In this document: positions 1-11,611 of the stretch, in pieces
How positions within the stretch are numbered: position 1 is the stretch's first letter
Layout of the letters: the number at the start of each line of letters is the position of its first letter
Source of the DNA: Gammaproteobacteria bacterium
GTDB lineage: Bacteria > Pseudomonadota > Gammaproteobacteria > Natronospirales > REEB76
Reading direction: 5' to 3'
Assembly: GCA_036263155.1 (NCBI GenBank)
Contig: DATAHN010000085.1
Coordinates: forward strand, 531 to 64,530
DNA: 64,000 nucleotides
Notes under the pieces: generated by a model
Told to the model about the DNA's origin: nothing
The model's input: only the letters and a program-made list of their open reading frames with translations
Databases searched by the model: none
Position numbers and translations under genes: made by a program

Positions 1-1
1 C

Positions 2-811
<810 letters not shown>

Positions 812-814
812 GCC

Positions 815-1807
815 ATGTTCGCCAAGGCGCGCGCGTATCTCCGCCGCCGCATCCGGGAATGGGCCAAGAGCCGCCAGGGCCCGGACGGGCGGCGCATCAC
901 CATCGTGCAGCGGCGGCTGTACATCCTGCCCACGCCGCAGGGTTTCCTGTTCGGCCTCACCCTGCTGGTGATGCTGCTCGGCTCCATGAACTACGCCAAC
1001 AGCATGGGCTTCATGCTGACCTTCCTGCTCGCCTCCCTCGCCGTCATCGCCATGCACGCGTCGCACTCCAACCTGCTGGGCCTGGAACTGGTGGCGGCCC
1101 ACGCCGAACCGGTGTTCGCGGGTGAGACCGCGCGCTTCCACGTGGCGGTGCACAACCCGGGCCGCCATGCGCGCATCGCCGTGACCCTGAGCGCCGAGCA
1201 GGACGAACGCACCATCACCAGCGACGTGCCGGCGGCGGGCCAGAACCTGGCGCCGGTGCCGCTCGCCACCAAACGGCGCGGCTGGCAGCCGCTGGGGCGC
1301 CTGGCGCTTGAGAGCAGCTATCCCTTCGGCCTGTTTCGTCCCTGGAGCTGGATCTACATGGACTGGAAGGTGCTGGTGTATCCCGCACCCGCGGAACAGG
1401 CGCCGCCGCTGCCGGTGCCGCTGGGCGGCCAGGGCCTGGGCAAGCCCAACGACCAGGGCGAGGACGACTTCAGCGGCCTGCGCCAGTACCAGCGCGGCGA
1501 TTCGCCGCGTCGCATCGCCTGGAAAGCCTCCAGCCGCCAGCAGGAACTCCTGACCAAGCGCTTCTCCGGCACGGGACAGCAGACCCGCTGGTTCGACTGG
1601 GCGGACCTCGCCGGACTCGAGGATGAGACCCGCCTCTCGGTGCTGTGCCGCTGGGTGCTGAACGCCCATGCGGCCGGCATGGCCTACGGGCTCAAGCTTC
1701 CGGGCGCGGTGTTCCCGCCGGCGGCGGGCGAGGAACAGCGCCTGCGCTGCCTGGAAGCGCTGGCGCTGCACGGCATCTCCATCGCCGACGAGGAGGCCGT
1801 GGCATGA
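815..1807 (+). CDS. DUF58 domain protein (MoxR partner)
   Basis: The ATG lies 4 nt after the MoxR stop. There are N-terminal TM helices and the DDFSGLRQYQRGDSPRRIAWKASSR signature typical of DUF58. Confidence 0.85.
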   Translation: MFAKARAYLRRRIREWAKSRQGPDGRRITIVQRRLYILPTPQGFLFGLTLLVMLLGSMNYANSMGFMLTFLLASLAVIAMHASHSNLLGLELVAAHAEPVFAGETARFHVAVHNPGRHARIAVTLSAEQDERTITSDVPAAGQNLAPVPLATKRRGWQPLGRLALESSYPFGLFRPWSWIYMDWKVLVYPAPAEQAPPLPVPLGGQGLGKPNDQGEDDFSGLRQYQRGDSPRRIAWKASSRQQELLTKRFSGTGQQTRWFDWADLAGLEDETRLSVLCRWVLNAHAAGMAYGLKLPGAVFPPAAGEEQRLRCLEALALHGISIADEEAVA

Positions 1808-3789
1808 GCGCCGTGATCATGCCCATCGAGGAGGAGCGCAGCCTGGAGCGCCAGCGCCTCGGCTGGTCGCTGCTGGCGCTGGCGGTGATGGCCGCGCCCC
1901 ACGCGTTGCACCTCGCGCCCTGGATCAGCATCTTTGCTCTGATGCTTGCGGTGTGGCGGGTGCTCGCGGAACAACGCGGCTGGCGGCTGCCGGGACGCTA
2001 CCCTCGCTATGCCCTGGCCCTGCTCTGCTTCGCCGGCGTGCTCGCCACCTTCCATACCCTCAACGGCCCGGAGGCCGGCACCGCGCTGCTGCTGCTGCTC
2101 GCCATGCTCAAGCTCATGGAAGCCAAGGGGCTGCGGGACTACTTCATGCTGGTAGTGATCGCCTACTTCCTGGGCATCGCGAACTTCCTCTACGACCAGA
2201 ACGTCGAGCTCGCGCTCTACATGCTGCCGGCGGTGTGGCTCGCCACCGTGGCGCTGCTCAACGTGGCGCACCCGGATCCGGAGCGCAGCTTCGCCACCGC
2301 GGTGCGCGGCGTGTCGCGCTTCCTCCTGCCCGCGCTGCCCATGGCGGCGGTGCTGTTCCTGCTGTTCCCGCGCATCTCAGGGCCGCTCTGGGGTTTCGGC
2401 TCCATCAAGCACGCCGGCCTCACCGGCCTCACCACCAGCATGTCGCCGGGGGACCTGAGCCAGCTCGCGCAGTCCGACGAGGTGGCGTTCCATGTGAAGT
2501 TCGACGGTCCGGCGCCGCCGCGCAACCAGCTCTACTGGCGCGCCCTGGTGCTGCACGAGTACGACGGCAAGACCTGGAGCAGCGGCAACCTGCCCTGGCG
2601 CGGCGAGCCCAGCGCCGTGAGCAGCGGCGCGCCCATCCACTACCAGGTGACGCTGGAACCGAACAACCTGCCGCTGCTCTACACCCTGGACCTGCCGGTG
2701 AAGCTGCCGCCCGAGACCCAGCTCTCCGCCAGCTATGAGGTGCAGGCCCGCGGCACCGTCACCGAGCGCAAGCTCTACGAGGTCACTTCCAGTACCCGCT
2801 CCCGCTATGGCGCCGAGACGCCGCGCTGGATGCTGCACCGGGACCTGGCGCTGCCCCGCGGCGGCGACCCCAAGACCCGCAGCCTGGCGGAGCAGTGGCG
2901 CGCCTCGGCTGCCTCTCCCGAAGAGGTGGTCCGCGACGCCCTCGCCATGTTCCACGACCAGCCGTTCCACTACACCCTGCAGCCCGGCCCGCTCACCAGC
3001 GGCAACCGCATGGACGAGTTCCTGTTCCAGACCCGCCGCGGCTTCTGCGAGCACTACGCCGGCGCGTTCGTGTTCCTGATGCGCGCCGCCGGTATCCCCG
3101 CCCACGTGGTGATCGGTTACCAGGGCGGCAGCCAGAACCCGCTGGACGAGTACTACGTGGTGCGCCAGCAGGAGGCTCATGCCTGGGCCGAGGTGTGGAT
3201 CGCGAAGAAAGGCTGGATCCGGGTGGACCCGACGGGCGCAGTGGACCCGGCACGGGTGGAGGAAGGCATCGCCGACTCGCTGGCGTCAGAGGATATCGCC
3301 GGCTCCATGTACCAGCGCTATCCCTGGCTCGGTGCGATGCGCAACAGCTGGGATGCGCTCAACAGCGGCTGGAACAACTGGGTGCTGGCCTACGGGCCGG
3401 AACTTCAGGCGAAGTTCTTCAACAAGGTGGGCTTGCACTACGGGGACTGGCTCGAACTCGCGCTGGTGCTCGGAGGCCTGGTGGGCGGCCTGATGGCGCT
3501 CTACTGGCTCTATCTCACCTGGGAGCGGCGCCCGCCGCCGCTGCCGCCGGTGGCCCGCGAGTACGCGCGCTTCTGTGCGCGCCTCGCACGGCTGGGGTTG
3601 CCCCGCGCCGCTTACGAGGGTCCGCTGGATTACGCGGCGCGGGTGACCGCGGCCCGCGCCGACCTCGCGGAAGAGGTGATGGCGATCATCGGCTGCTACG
3701 TGGAGCTGCGCTACGAGGACCGGGGCGACGCGCGTGGCTTGCGCCGCCTCGTACGCTCCTTCAAGCCGCCACGCCGGCCTTCCCACTAG
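1804..3789 (+). CDS. Transglutaminase-like membrane protein (TgpA/DUF3488 type)
   Basis: The ATG at 1804 overlaps the DUF58 stop (ATGA). The protein has a multi-TM N-terminus, a transglutaminase core RRGFCEHYAGAFVFLMRAAGIPAHVVIGY...EAHAWAEVW and a C-terminal TM. The track ORF start at 1645 was rejected. Confidence 0.85.
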   Translation: MSAVIMPIEEERSLERQRLGWSLLALAVMAAPHALHLAPWISIFALMLAVWRVLAEQRGWRLPGRYPRYALALLCFAGVLATFHTLNGPEAGTALLLLLAMLKLMEAKGLRDYFMLVVIAYFLGIANFLYDQNVELALYMLPAVWLATVALLNVAHPDPERSFATAVRGVSRFLLPALPMAAVLFLLFPRISGPLWGFGSIKHAGLTGLTTSMSPGDLSQLAQSDEVAFHVKFDGPAPPRNQLYWRALVLHEYDGKTWSSGNLPWRGEPSAVSSGAPIHYQVTLEPNNLPLLYTLDLPVKLPPETQLSASYEVQARGTVTERKLYEVTSSTRSRYGAETPRWMLHRDLALPRGGDPKTRSLAEQWRASAASPEEVVRDALAMFHDQPFHYTLQPGPLTSGNRMDEFLFQTRRGFCEHYAGAFVFLMRAAGIPAHVVIGYQGGSQNPLDEYYVVRQQEAHAWAEVWIAKKGWIRVDPTGAVDPARVEEGIADSLASEDIAGSMYQRYPWLGAMRNSWDALNSGWNNWVLAYGPELQAKFFNKVGLHYGDWLELALVLGGLVGGLMALYWLYLTWERRPPPLPPVAREYARFCARLARLGLPRAAYEGPLDYAARVTAARADLAEEVMAIIGCYVELRYEDRGDARGLRRLVRSFKPPRRPSH

Positions 3790-5029
3790 CAGGCTTCACC
3801 AGGGTCAGCAGCGCCGCGCCCACGGCGAACAGCAGGATCACCGACAGGATCGAGATCCGTGGGTTGTGAGTGGCGACGCTCACCACGCCGATCAGCACCG
3901 GCCCGATGATGGCGGCGAACTCGCCCAGCATGTTGTAGAAGCCGAAGAACTCGCCGGCCCGCTCCGGCGGCACCAGCCGCGCGTAGTAGGAACGGCTGAG
4001 GAGCTGCACCCCGCCCTGCACCAGCCCCACCATGGCCGCCAGCAGGTAGAACTGCCAGGCGGTGTGCATGAAGGCGGCGAACACCGAGACGAACACGTAG
4101 ACCGCGAGGCCGATGAAGATGCCGCGCTTGGGACCGATGCGCTCGCCGATGCGGCCGAACAGCATCGCCGCCGGCACACCCACGAACTGCACCAGCAGCA
4201 CCGCGAGGATGAGGTCGGCGGTGCTGAAGCCGATGGCCTTGCCGTAGTCCACCGCCATCTGGATGATGGTGTTGACGCCGTCGATGTAGACCCAGTAAGC
4301 CACGAGGAACATGAACACCGGCTTATAGCTGCGCACGTGGCGGAAGGTCTCGCCCAGTTGCGCAAAGCCCCGGCGCACCGAGAGCATGAAGGGCTCGCCC
4401 GAGGCGGCCGCAGCCGGTTCCGGCACCCAGAACCACATGGGCAGCGCGAACAGCAGCCACCACACCGAGACCAGCATGAGGATGAGCTTCACTGCCGCGG
4501 CCGCGTCCGGCAGGCCGAACAGCGCGGGCTTGAGGCTCATGGCCACGCCCACCAGCAGGAACAGGCCGCCGCCCAGGTAGCCGGCGAAATAGCCCACCGC
4601 GGAGGTCATGTCGAACTTGCCCGGCTCCGCCACGCTCACCAGCATGGAATCGCCGAATACGTTGCCCCACCAGTAGCAGACGTTCGCCGCCATGTAGAAG
4701 GCCATGGCGAGCTGCCACTGGCCGAGTCCTACGAAGTGCAGCAGGAACACCAGCACGGCGCCGATGACCGCGGAGGCCAGCAGGAACCGCTTCTTGTGGC
4801 CGCCCTTGTCGGCGATGGCCCCGAGGATGGGCGCCGAGAACGCCACGATCAGGCTGGAGAGGGAGTTCGCGAGGCCCAGCCGGAAGGTGCTGAGGCTGGG
4901 ATCGACGCCGTGGTTCCAGTAGTCCTTGAAGAAGATCGGGAAGAACACCGTGACGACGGCGGTGGTGAAGGCGTGGTTGCCCCAGTAGTAGAGCGCCCAG
5001 CCTTTCACCTTGCGGGTCAGTAGTGCCAT
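3761..5029 (-). CDS. MFS transporter (UMF1/Atg22-like family)
   Basis: 422 aa with about 12 TM segments. The N-terminal KGWALYYWGNHAF motif is typical of the UMF1 subfamily. The 3' end overlaps the convergent TgpA gene by 29 nt. Confidence 0.75.
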   Translation of the reverse strand: MALLTRKVKGWALYYWGNHAFTTAVVTVFFPIFFKDYWNHGVDPSLSTFRLGLANSLSSLIVAFSAPILGAIADKGGHKKRFLLASAVIGAVLVFLLHFVGLGQWQLAMAFYMAANVCYWWGNVFGDSMLVSVAEPGKFDMTSAVGYFAGYLGGGLFLLVGVAMSLKPALFGLPDAAAAVKLILMLVSVWWLLFALPMWFWVPEPAAAASGEPFMLSVRRGFAQLGETFRHVRSYKPVFMFLVAYWVYIDGVNTIIQMAVDYGKAIGFSTADLILAVLLVQFVGVPAAMLFGRIGERIGPKRGIFIGLAVYVFVSVFAAFMHTAWQFYLLAAMVGLVQGGVQLLSRSYYARLVPPERAGEFFGFYNMLGEFAAIIGPVLIGVVSVATHNPRISILSVILLFAVGAALLTLVKPASGKAGVAA

Positions 5030-5084
5030 GGTGCCGTCTCCCCGTTGTGAGCGGCTAGCCTAGCATGGCCTCGCGACAGAATGA

Positions 5085-6683
5085 CTATGCGGCGGCGGCG
5101 GTGTCCGTGCCGTGCTCGCGGGTCTTGCGGAAACGAAGCTCGGGCCAGCGTTCCTGGGTGAGCTGCAGGTTGACCATGGTCGGTGCGACGTACACCAGGC
5201 TGTTGGTGTGATCCAGCGCCAGGTTGTCGAAGGCCTTGTCCCGGAACTCCTGCAGGCGCTTGGCATCGTCGCCCTCGACCCAGCGGGCGGTGGCCACCGG
5301 TATGGAGTCGAACACGCACTCGACGCCGTATTCCTCCTTGAGCCGGAATGCCACCACGTCGAACTGCAGCAGGCCCACCGCGCCCAGGATCAGGTCGTTG
5401 TTGCGCATGGGCTTGAAGAGCTGGGTGGCGCCTTCCTCGCAGAGCTGCGCCAGGCCCTTGCTCAGGGCCTTGGACTTGAGCGGATCCTTGAGCACCACGC
5501 GGCGGAAGATCTCCGGCGCGAAGTTGGGGATACCGGTGAAGGTCAGGTTCTCGCCCTGGGTGAAGGTGTCGCCGATGGCGACGGTGCCGTGGTTGTGGAT
5601 GCCGATGATGTCGCCGGCATAGGCCGCCTCCACCCGCTCGCGCTCGGCGGCCATGAAGGTCAGGGCGTCGGCGATCTTCACCTCGCGGCCGATGCGCACG
5701 TGCTTGACGCGCATCCCCGGTGTGTAGCGCCCCGAGCACAGGCGCACGAAGGCGATACGGTCGTGGTGCTGGGGATCCATGTTGGCCTGGATCTTGAACA
5801 CGAAGCCGGTGAGCTTCTCCTCGACCGGGTTCACTTCGCGGCTCAGGGTGGCGCGGGCGCGGGGGCCCGGCGCGTTGGCGACGAAGCCGTCCAGGAGTTC
5901 GCGCACCCCGAAGTTGTTGATGGCGGAGCCGAAGAACACCGGCGTGAGCCGCCCCGCCAGGTACTCCTCGAGGTCGAAGGCATGGGAAGCGCCCTTCACC
6001 AGCTCCACCTCGGCGCGATAGCTCTCTGCGTCGTAGCCCAGGAGCTCGGTAGCCTCGGCGCTCATGAGGCCCTGGATCACGCGGGTCTCGCCCAGCCTGC
6101 CGCTCTTCTCGCCCTCGTAGATATGGATGCGGTCGGTACCGAAGTGGTAGATGCCCTTGAGGGCGCGGCCCATGCCGATGGGCCAGGTGATGGGCGCACA
6201 GCGGATCTTGAGCACCTGCTCCACCTCGTCCAGCAGCGACATGGGGTCGCGGGCCTCGCGGTCGAGCTTGTTGATGAAGGTCATGATGGGCGTGTCGCGC
6301 AGGCGGCACACCTCCATGAGCTTGATGGTGCGTTCCTCGACGCCCTTGGCGCAGTCGATGACCATGAGGGCTGAGTCCACCGCGGTGAGGGTGCGGTAGG
6401 TATCCTCGGAGAAGTCCTCGTGGCCGGGCGTGTCCAGCAGGTTCACGATGCAGTCGCCGTAGGGGAACTGCATCACCGATGAGGTGACGGAGATGCCGCG
6501 CTGCTGCTCCAGCTTCATCCAGTCGGAAGTGGCATGGCGCGAGGCCTTGCGGCCCTTGACCGCGCCGGCGAGCTGGATGGCGCCGCCGAACAGGAGCAGC
6601 TTCTCGGTGAGAGTGGTCTTGCCGGCGTCCGGGTGCGAGATGATCGCAAAAGTGCGGCGGCGCTGGATTTCCTGGTCGAACAT
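5085..6683 (-). CDS. prfC: Peptide chain release factor 3
   Basis: 532 aa. G-domain motifs [24 protein letters not shown] and NKLD are present, and the protein is RF3-like over its full length. Confidence 0.95.
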   Translation of the reverse strand: MFDQEIQRRRTFAIISHPDAGKTTLTEKLLLFGGAIQLAGAVKGRKASRHATSDWMKLEQQRGISVTSSVMQFPYGDCIVNLLDTPGHEDFSEDTYRTLTAVDSALMVIDCAKGVEERTIKLMEVCRLRDTPIMTFINKLDREARDPMSLLDEVEQVLKIRCAPITWPIGMGRALKGIYHFGTDRIHIYEGEKSGRLGETRVIQGLMSAEATELLGYDAESYRAEVELVKGASHAFDLEEYLAGRLTPVFFGSAINNFGVRELLDGFVANAPGPRARATLSREVNPVEEKLTGFVFKIQANMDPQHHDRIAFVRLCSGRYTPGMRVKHVRIGREVKIADALTFMAAERERVEAAYAGDIIGIHNHGTVAIGDTFTQGENLTFTGIPNFAPEIFRRVVLKDPLKSKALSKGLAQLCEEGATQLFKPMRNNDLILGAVGLLQFDVVAFRLKEEYGVECVFDSIPVATARWVEGDDAKRLQEFRDKAFDNLALDHTNSLVYVAPTMVNLQLTQERWPELRFRKTREHGTDTAAAA

Positions 6684-6738
6684 GGGCGGTCTGGCTGCTG
6701 GAAAAGGCGGCGTATTCTACCTGAAGCCGCCTGCCGAC

Positions 6739-7203
6739 CTATAGCTCGGTCGCCAGTATGAGAGCATCTTCCCGGCCGCTGACGCCCGGGTAGTAGTTCT
6801 TGCGCATGCCCACTTCGTTGAAGCCGCGATTGCGGTACAGGTTCAGGGCCACGGTGTTGGAGAGCCGGACCTCCAGGAACATCTGGCTCGCGCCCCGCTC
6901 ACGCGCCAGCTCCATGAAGTGCTCCAGCAGCATGTGGCCGTAGCCGCGCTGCTGCCACTCGGGCGCGATGCAGATGTTGAGCAGGTGCGCCTCGCCTACC
7001 ACCAGGGACATGATGCCGTAGCCGGCCACCGTGCCGTGCAGTTCCATGACCCAGCAGCAGTAGCCGACCCTGAGGCAGTCCCGGAAGATGCCCTCGGTCC
7101 AGTGGAACTCATAGGCGCGCCGCTCGATATCCATGACCGCCCGCACGTCGCCCTCGTGCATGGGCCTGCACAACGGCTCTTCGTTGACGGCCAGGGCGTT
7201 CAT
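6739..7203 (-). CDS. rimI: Ribosomal-protein-alanine N-acetyltransferase (GNAT)
   Basis: 154 aa GNAT with QQRGYGHMLLEHFMELARERG (acetyl-CoA site) and the LEVRLSNTVALNLYRNRGF motif of RimI. The stop overlaps the upstream UDG gene. Confidence 0.85.
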   Translation of the reverse strand: MNALAVNEEPLCRPMHEGDVRAVMDIERRAYEFHWTEGIFRDCLRVGYCCWVMELHGTVAGYGIMSLVVGEAHLLNICIAPEWQQRGYGHMLLEHFMELARERGASQMFLEVRLSNTVALNLYRNRGFNEVGMRKNYYPGVSGREDALILATEL

Positions 7204-7943
7204 GCGCCTCCCTGGGCGGCGGTGGCCACCGCGAGCTTGAGGTCGTCCCAGGCCTTGCGCTTCTCGCCGGGCGAGCGAAGCAGGTAAGCCGGATGGTAAG
7301 TCACCACCACCGGCGTACCGCCGAGCTGGTGCACGGTGCCCCGCAGGCGGCCGATGGTGGTCTCAGTGTGCAGGAGGTTCTGGGCGGCGATGCGGCCCAC
7401 CGCGAGGATGATCTTCGGCTTCACCAGTGCGATCTGGCGCTCGAGGTAGGGGCGGCAGAGCTCCGCCTCCGCGGGCTTGGGATCGCGATTGCCGGGCGGC
7501 CGGCACTTCAGGATGTTCGCGATGTACACCTGCTGGCGCTTCAGGCCGATGGCAGCCAGCATGGAGTTCAGGAGCTGCCCAGCGCGGCCCACGAAAGGCT
7601 CGCCTTGCTTGTCCTCGTCGGCACCGGGGGCCTCGCCCACCACCATCCAGCGTGCGGACTCGTCGCCCACGCCGAAAACGGTCTGGGTGCAGCCGGCCCG
7701 CAGGCCGCAGATCGTGCAGCCCTTCACCGCCGCCTTGAGGTCGGTCCAGTCCATGGCGGCGATGGCTGCATCCCGCTCGGCGGAAGGCGGCGGCGGCGTG
7801 AAATCCGCGCTGACAGGCTCGATACGCGGTGCGGCGGGGCGCGCGGCGGGTTGCATCGAACGCGCACCGCCTGATCGACCTGGGCGCGGCGCCCAGGCGG
7901 TCACGCCCAGGTCATGCAGCCGGCTGAGGCGCTTGGCATCCAT
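7200..7943 (-). CDS. Uracil-DNA glycosylase, family 4
   Basis: CTICGLRAGCTQTVFGVGDESARWMVVGEAPGADEDKQGEPFVGRAGQLL followed by ILKCRPPGNRDP match the family-4 UDG motifs and Fe-S cysteines. The N-terminal extension is low-complexity and the start is uncertain. Confidence 0.85.
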   Translation of the reverse strand: MDAKRLSRLHDLGVTAWAPRPGRSGGARSMQPAARPAAPRIEPVSADFTPPPPSAERDAAIAAMDWTDLKAAVKGCTICGLRAGCTQTVFGVGDESARWMVVGEAPGADEDKQGEPFVGRAGQLLNSMLAAIGLKRQQVYIANILKCRPPGNRDPKPAEAELCRPYLERQIALVKPKIILAVGRIAAQNLLHTETTIGRLRGTVHQLGGTPVVVTYHPAYLLRSPGEKRKAWDDLKLAVATAAQGGA

Positions 7944-7955
7944 GTCCGGTGGGGG

Positions 7956-8786
7956 TCAGGCCGGCTTGCGCTTGAGCCTGAGGTGCAGGCGCCACAGCGC
8001 CATGACCAGGCCCGAGACGGCGTAGAGCAGGAAGCCCAGGAACAGCACGTTCGGCGGCGACAGGAACACCACCACCAGGAGCAGCGGCACCAAGAGCAGC
8101 ACCGTGAACGGCACGCGGCCCTGGAGCTTGAGGTCCTTGAAACTGTAGTAACCGACACTGCTCACCATGAGCGCGCCGGCACCCACCGTGAGGATGAAGG
8201 CCGGCACTACGAAGGCAGAGCCCGGGATGTCGAAGTTTTCGGTGGAGCACCACACCGCGCCCGCGAGGATGCCGGCCGCGGCGGGACTCGGCAGGCCCTG
8301 GAAGTAGCGCTTGTCCACCACGCCGACCCGCACGTTGAAGCGCGCGAGTCGCAGCGCGGCGCAGGCGGCGTACAGGAACGCGGCCATCCATCCGAGCTTG
8401 CCCCAGGCCCAGCTGTAGTCGCCCATGGAGTGCAGCGACCACTCGTACATGACCAGGGAGGGCGCGAGACCGAAGGACACCATGTCGGCAAGGCTGTCGT
8501 ATTCCTTGCCGAAAGCACTCTCGGTGTGGGTCCAGCGGGCGACCCGTCCGTCGAGGCTGTCGAAGACCATGGCCACGAACACCGCGACTGCGGCCGGCTG
8601 GAAGCGGCCGGCCATGGCGGCGACGATGGCGTAGAACCCGGCGAACAGGCCGGCGGTGGTGAACAGGTTCGGCAGCAGGTAGATGCCGCGGCGGCGGGGG
8701 CCCTCGCCCTCGGCGGAACCGGGCTCGACCTCGTCCACCCCGATCTCGGTCTCTACGTCGTCATCGGGGGTCATGTGCTGCTGCAT
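7956..8786 (-). CDS. pssA: CDP-diacylglycerol--serine O-phosphatidyltransferase
   Basis: The CDP-alcohol phosphatidyltransferase motif DSLDGRVARWTHTESAFGKEYDSLADMV is present in a multi-TM protein of 276 aa. Confidence 0.9.
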   Translation of the reverse strand: MQQHMTPDDDVETEIGVDEVEPGSAEGEGPRRRGIYLLPNLFTTAGLFAGFYAIVAAMAGRFQPAAVAVFVAMVFDSLDGRVARWTHTESAFGKEYDSLADMVSFGLAPSLVMYEWSLHSMGDYSWAWGKLGWMAAFLYAACAALRLARFNVRVGVVDKRYFQGLPSPAAAGILAGAVWCSTENFDIPGSAFVVPAFILTVGAGALMVSSVGYYSFKDLKLQGRVPFTVLLLVPLLLVVVFLSPPNVLFLGFLLYAVSGLVMALWRLHLRLKRKPA

Positions 8787-8840
8787 GCCGACGGCCTCTT
8801 GGGTGCTGCATACATGATGCCATGAACGGCGCGGGCTGTC

Positions 8841-9827
8841 TTAGTCCCGTCGCTTCATGCCTTTACGTAACGTCTCCCCCACCTTGTCCAGCAGCGCTGC
8901 GCGGGCGGCGGCGCGGCCGGCCTTGATGACAGGCTTGCCGGATTCCATCTCATGGGCGAGCTCGGCGGCGAATTCGCCGCTCTGGATCTCCCCGAGCATG
9001 GCGCGCATGGCGGCGCGGCTCTCGGGACCGATGACGCGCGGGCCGCGGGTGTAGTCACCGAACTCGGCGGTGGAGGAGATGGACTCGCGCATGCCGGCGA
9101 TGCCGCGCGCGTAGATCATGTCCGCCATGAGCTTGATCTCGTGCAGACAGCAGAAGTAGGCGACCTCGGGCGCATAGCCCGCTTCCACCAGCGTCTCGAA
9201 GCCGGCGCTGATGAGGTGGGTGAGGCCGCCGGAGAGCACTGCCTGCTCGGCGAAGAGGTCGGTCTCGGTCTCCTCCCGGAAGCTGGACTCGGCGATGCCG
9301 GCGCGCCCCAGTCCCAGGGCCCAGGCGCAGGAGAGCGCCAGGGCGCGGGCGCCGCCGCTCGCGTCCTGGTGCACCGCCACGAGACCGGGGACGCCGTGGC
9401 CGGCCTGGTACTGCATCCGCACCTGCTCGCCGATGCCGTTGGGCGCCACCATGATGACATCCAGGTCCGCACGGGGCTGGATGCGCTTGAAGTGGATGTT
9501 GTAGCCGTGGGCGAAGACCAGCGCGCCGCCCGGCTTCAGGTTCGATCCCACCGTCTCGCGGTAGACGCCGGGCTGCGCCTCGTCCGGGATGAGCATCAGC
9601 ACCATATCGGCCCAGGCCACCGCATCGGCGGGCGCCAGGACCTCGAGGCCGGCGGCGACGGCGGCAGACAGGGACCGGGAGCCGGTACGCAGGCCCACGC
9701 GCACATCCACGCCGGAATCCTGCAGGTTCGCCGCCTGTGCCCGTCCTTGCGCGCCGAAGCCCAGCACCGCCACGCGGCGCGTGCGGATGAGCTTGGGATC
9801 GGTGTCGGCGTCGTAGGAGAGCTGCAT
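8841..9827 (-). CDS. Ketol-acid reductoisomerase family protein (class I, IlvC-like, non-canonical active site)
   Basis: 328 aa. It has the NADPH loop VLGFGAQGRAQAANLQDSGVDVRVGLRTGSRS plus ETDLFAEQAVLSGG and HEIKLMAD. However, the APK-PGH loop reads APNGIGEQ (N130) and FECLHE reads FCCLHE (C226). Confidence 0.8.
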   Translation of the reverse strand: MQLSYDADTDPKLIRTRRVAVLGFGAQGRAQAANLQDSGVDVRVGLRTGSRSLSAAVAAGLEVLAPADAVAWADMVLMLIPDEAQPGVYRETVGSNLKPGGALVFAHGYNIHFKRIQPRADLDVIMVAPNGIGEQVRMQYQAGHGVPGLVAVHQDASGGARALALSCAWALGLGRAGIAESSFREETETDLFAEQAVLSGGLTHLISAGFETLVEAGYAPEVAYFCCLHEIKLMADMIYARGIAGMRESISSTAEFGDYTRGPRVIGPESRAAMRAMLGEIQSGEFAAELAHEMESGKPVIKAGRAAARAALLDKVGETLRKGMKRRD

Positions 9828-9895
9828 GGTGCTAGGCCGGGCTGCCCGGGACCGTTAGAATACGGGCTTTCAGCCATAAAACCCACACTAAAATC

Positions 9896-11611
9896 ATGCG
9901 CGCCTCCCGCTTCCCCCTGAACACGGTCAAAGAGACCCCCGCCGACGCGGAGCTGGTCAGCCACAAGCTCATGCTCCGGGCCGGCATGCTGAAGAAGCTC
10001 GGGGCCGGCCTCTACACCTGGACGCCGCTGGGCCTCAGGGTCCTGCACAAGGTGGAAGGCATCGTGCGGGAGGAGATGGACAAGGCCGGCGCGCTCGAGA
10101 TGCTGATGCCCACGGTGCAGCCCAAGGAGCTGTGGGAGGAGACCGGCCGCTGGCAGAAGTTCGGCGGTCAACTGCTCAAGATCCGGGACCGCAAGGAGCA
10201 GGAGTTCTGCTTCGGCCCCACCGCCGAGGAGGTGGTGACGGACTGGGCGCGCGGCGAGCTCCGGAGCTACAAGCAACTGCCGCTCAACGTGTACCAGATC
10301 CAGACCAAGTTCCGGGACGAGATCCGCCCGCGCTTCGGCATCATGCGCGCCCGCGAGTTCCTGATGAAGGATGCCTACTCCTTCCACGTGGACATGGCGA
10401 GCCTGGAAGCCGAATACCAGAACATGTACGACACCTACGCGCGCATCTTCACGCGCCTGGGGCTGAAGTTCCGTGCCGTGAAGGCCGACACCGGCGCCAT
10501 CGGCGGCAATGCTTCCCATGAATTCCAAGTGCTGGCGGATTCCGGCGAGGACGCCATCGTGTTCTCGGACGGCTCCGACTACACCGCCAACATGGAGCTG
10601 GCGGAAGCGCTCGCTCCCAAGGATCCGCGCCCTGCTCCCTCGGCGGAGCTCACACTGGTGGACACGCCGACCCAGAAGACCATCGAGGAGGTCTCGAGCT
10701 TCCTGAAGGTGGATCCCAAGCAATGCGTGAAGACCATCCTGGTGCGCGGCGAGAAGGGCCTGGTGGCCCTGTGCCTGCGCGGCGACCATGAGATCAACGA
10801 GACCAAGGCAGCGAAGCTGCCTGAGCTGCCCGGCGAGTCGGTGCTGGCGGACGAGAGCGAGATCTGGAAGGCCACCCAGTGCAAGCCGGGCTTCATCGGC
10901 CCGGTGAAGCTGCCGGATACGGTGCCGGTGATCGTGGACCGGGATGCCGCCCAGCTTGCAGATTTCGTCTGCGGCGGCAACCAGGCGGGCAAGCACTACA
11001 CCGGCGCGAATTGGGAGCGGGATGCGCGAGTGACCCGCGTCGTTGACCTGCGCAAGGTGCAGGCGGGCGACCCCTCCCCCGACGGCAAGGGCAAGCTCGA
11101 CATCGCCCGCGGTATCGAGGTGGGCCACGTGTTCTCCCTGGGCGATAAGTACGCTAAGGCCATGGGCGCCTCGGTGCTGGACCGGGAAGGCAAGCAGGTG
11201 ACGCTGCAGATGGGCTGCTACGGCATCGGCGTGAGCCGCATCGTAGCCGCCGCCATCGAGCAGAACCACGACGAGCGCGGCATCATCTGGCCGCAGCCGC
11301 TGGCGCCCTTCGACATCGCCCTGCTGCCCCTCAACATGGCGAAGTCCGAGAAGCTCAAGGTCGCCGCCGAGAAGCTCTATGGTGAGCTCACCGCCGCGGG
11401 TTATGCGGTGTTCATGGATGACCGGGACCTGAGGCCCGGCCCCATGTTCGCTGACGCGGAGCTCATCGGCATCCCGCACCGCCTGGTGCTCTCGGACCGG
11501 GGCCTCGACGCCGGAACCGTCGAGTACAAGGGCCGCACGGACCTCGACAAACAGGATATCCAGGCGCCCCAGCTCATGGACTTCATCCGCCAGAAGCTCC
11601 AGGCCGCCTGA
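9896..11611 (+). CDS. proS: Proline--tRNA ligase (bacterial type with editing domain)
   Basis: 571 aa. Class II motifs [25 protein letters not shown] and [16 protein letters not shown] are present, with an inserted editing domain. Confidence 0.95.
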   Translation: MRASRFPLNTVKETPADAELVSHKLMLRAGMLKKLGAGLYTWTPLGLRVLHKVEGIVREEMDKAGALEMLMPTVQPKELWEETGRWQKFGGQLLKIRDRKEQEFCFGPTAEEVVTDWARGELRSYKQLPLNVYQIQTKFRDEIRPRFGIMRAREFLMKDAYSFHVDMASLEAEYQNMYDTYARIFTRLGLKFRAVKADTGAIGGNASHEFQVLADSGEDAIVFSDGSDYTANMELAEALAPKDPRPAPSAELTLVDTPTQKTIEEVSSFLKVDPKQCVKTILVRGEKGLVALCLRGDHEINETKAAKLPELPGESVLADESEIWKATQCKPGFIGPVKLPDTVPVIVDRDAAQLADFVCGGNQAGKHYTGANWERDARVTRVVDLRKVQAGDPSPDGKGKLDIARGIEVGHVFSLGDKYAKAMGASVLDREGKQVTLQMGCYGIGVSRIVAAAIEQNHDERGIIWPQPLAPFDIALLPLNMAKSEKLKVAAEKLYGELTAAGYAVFMDDRDLRPGPMFADAELIGIPHRLVLSDRGLDAGTVEYKGRTDLDKQDIQAPQLMDFIRQKLQAA

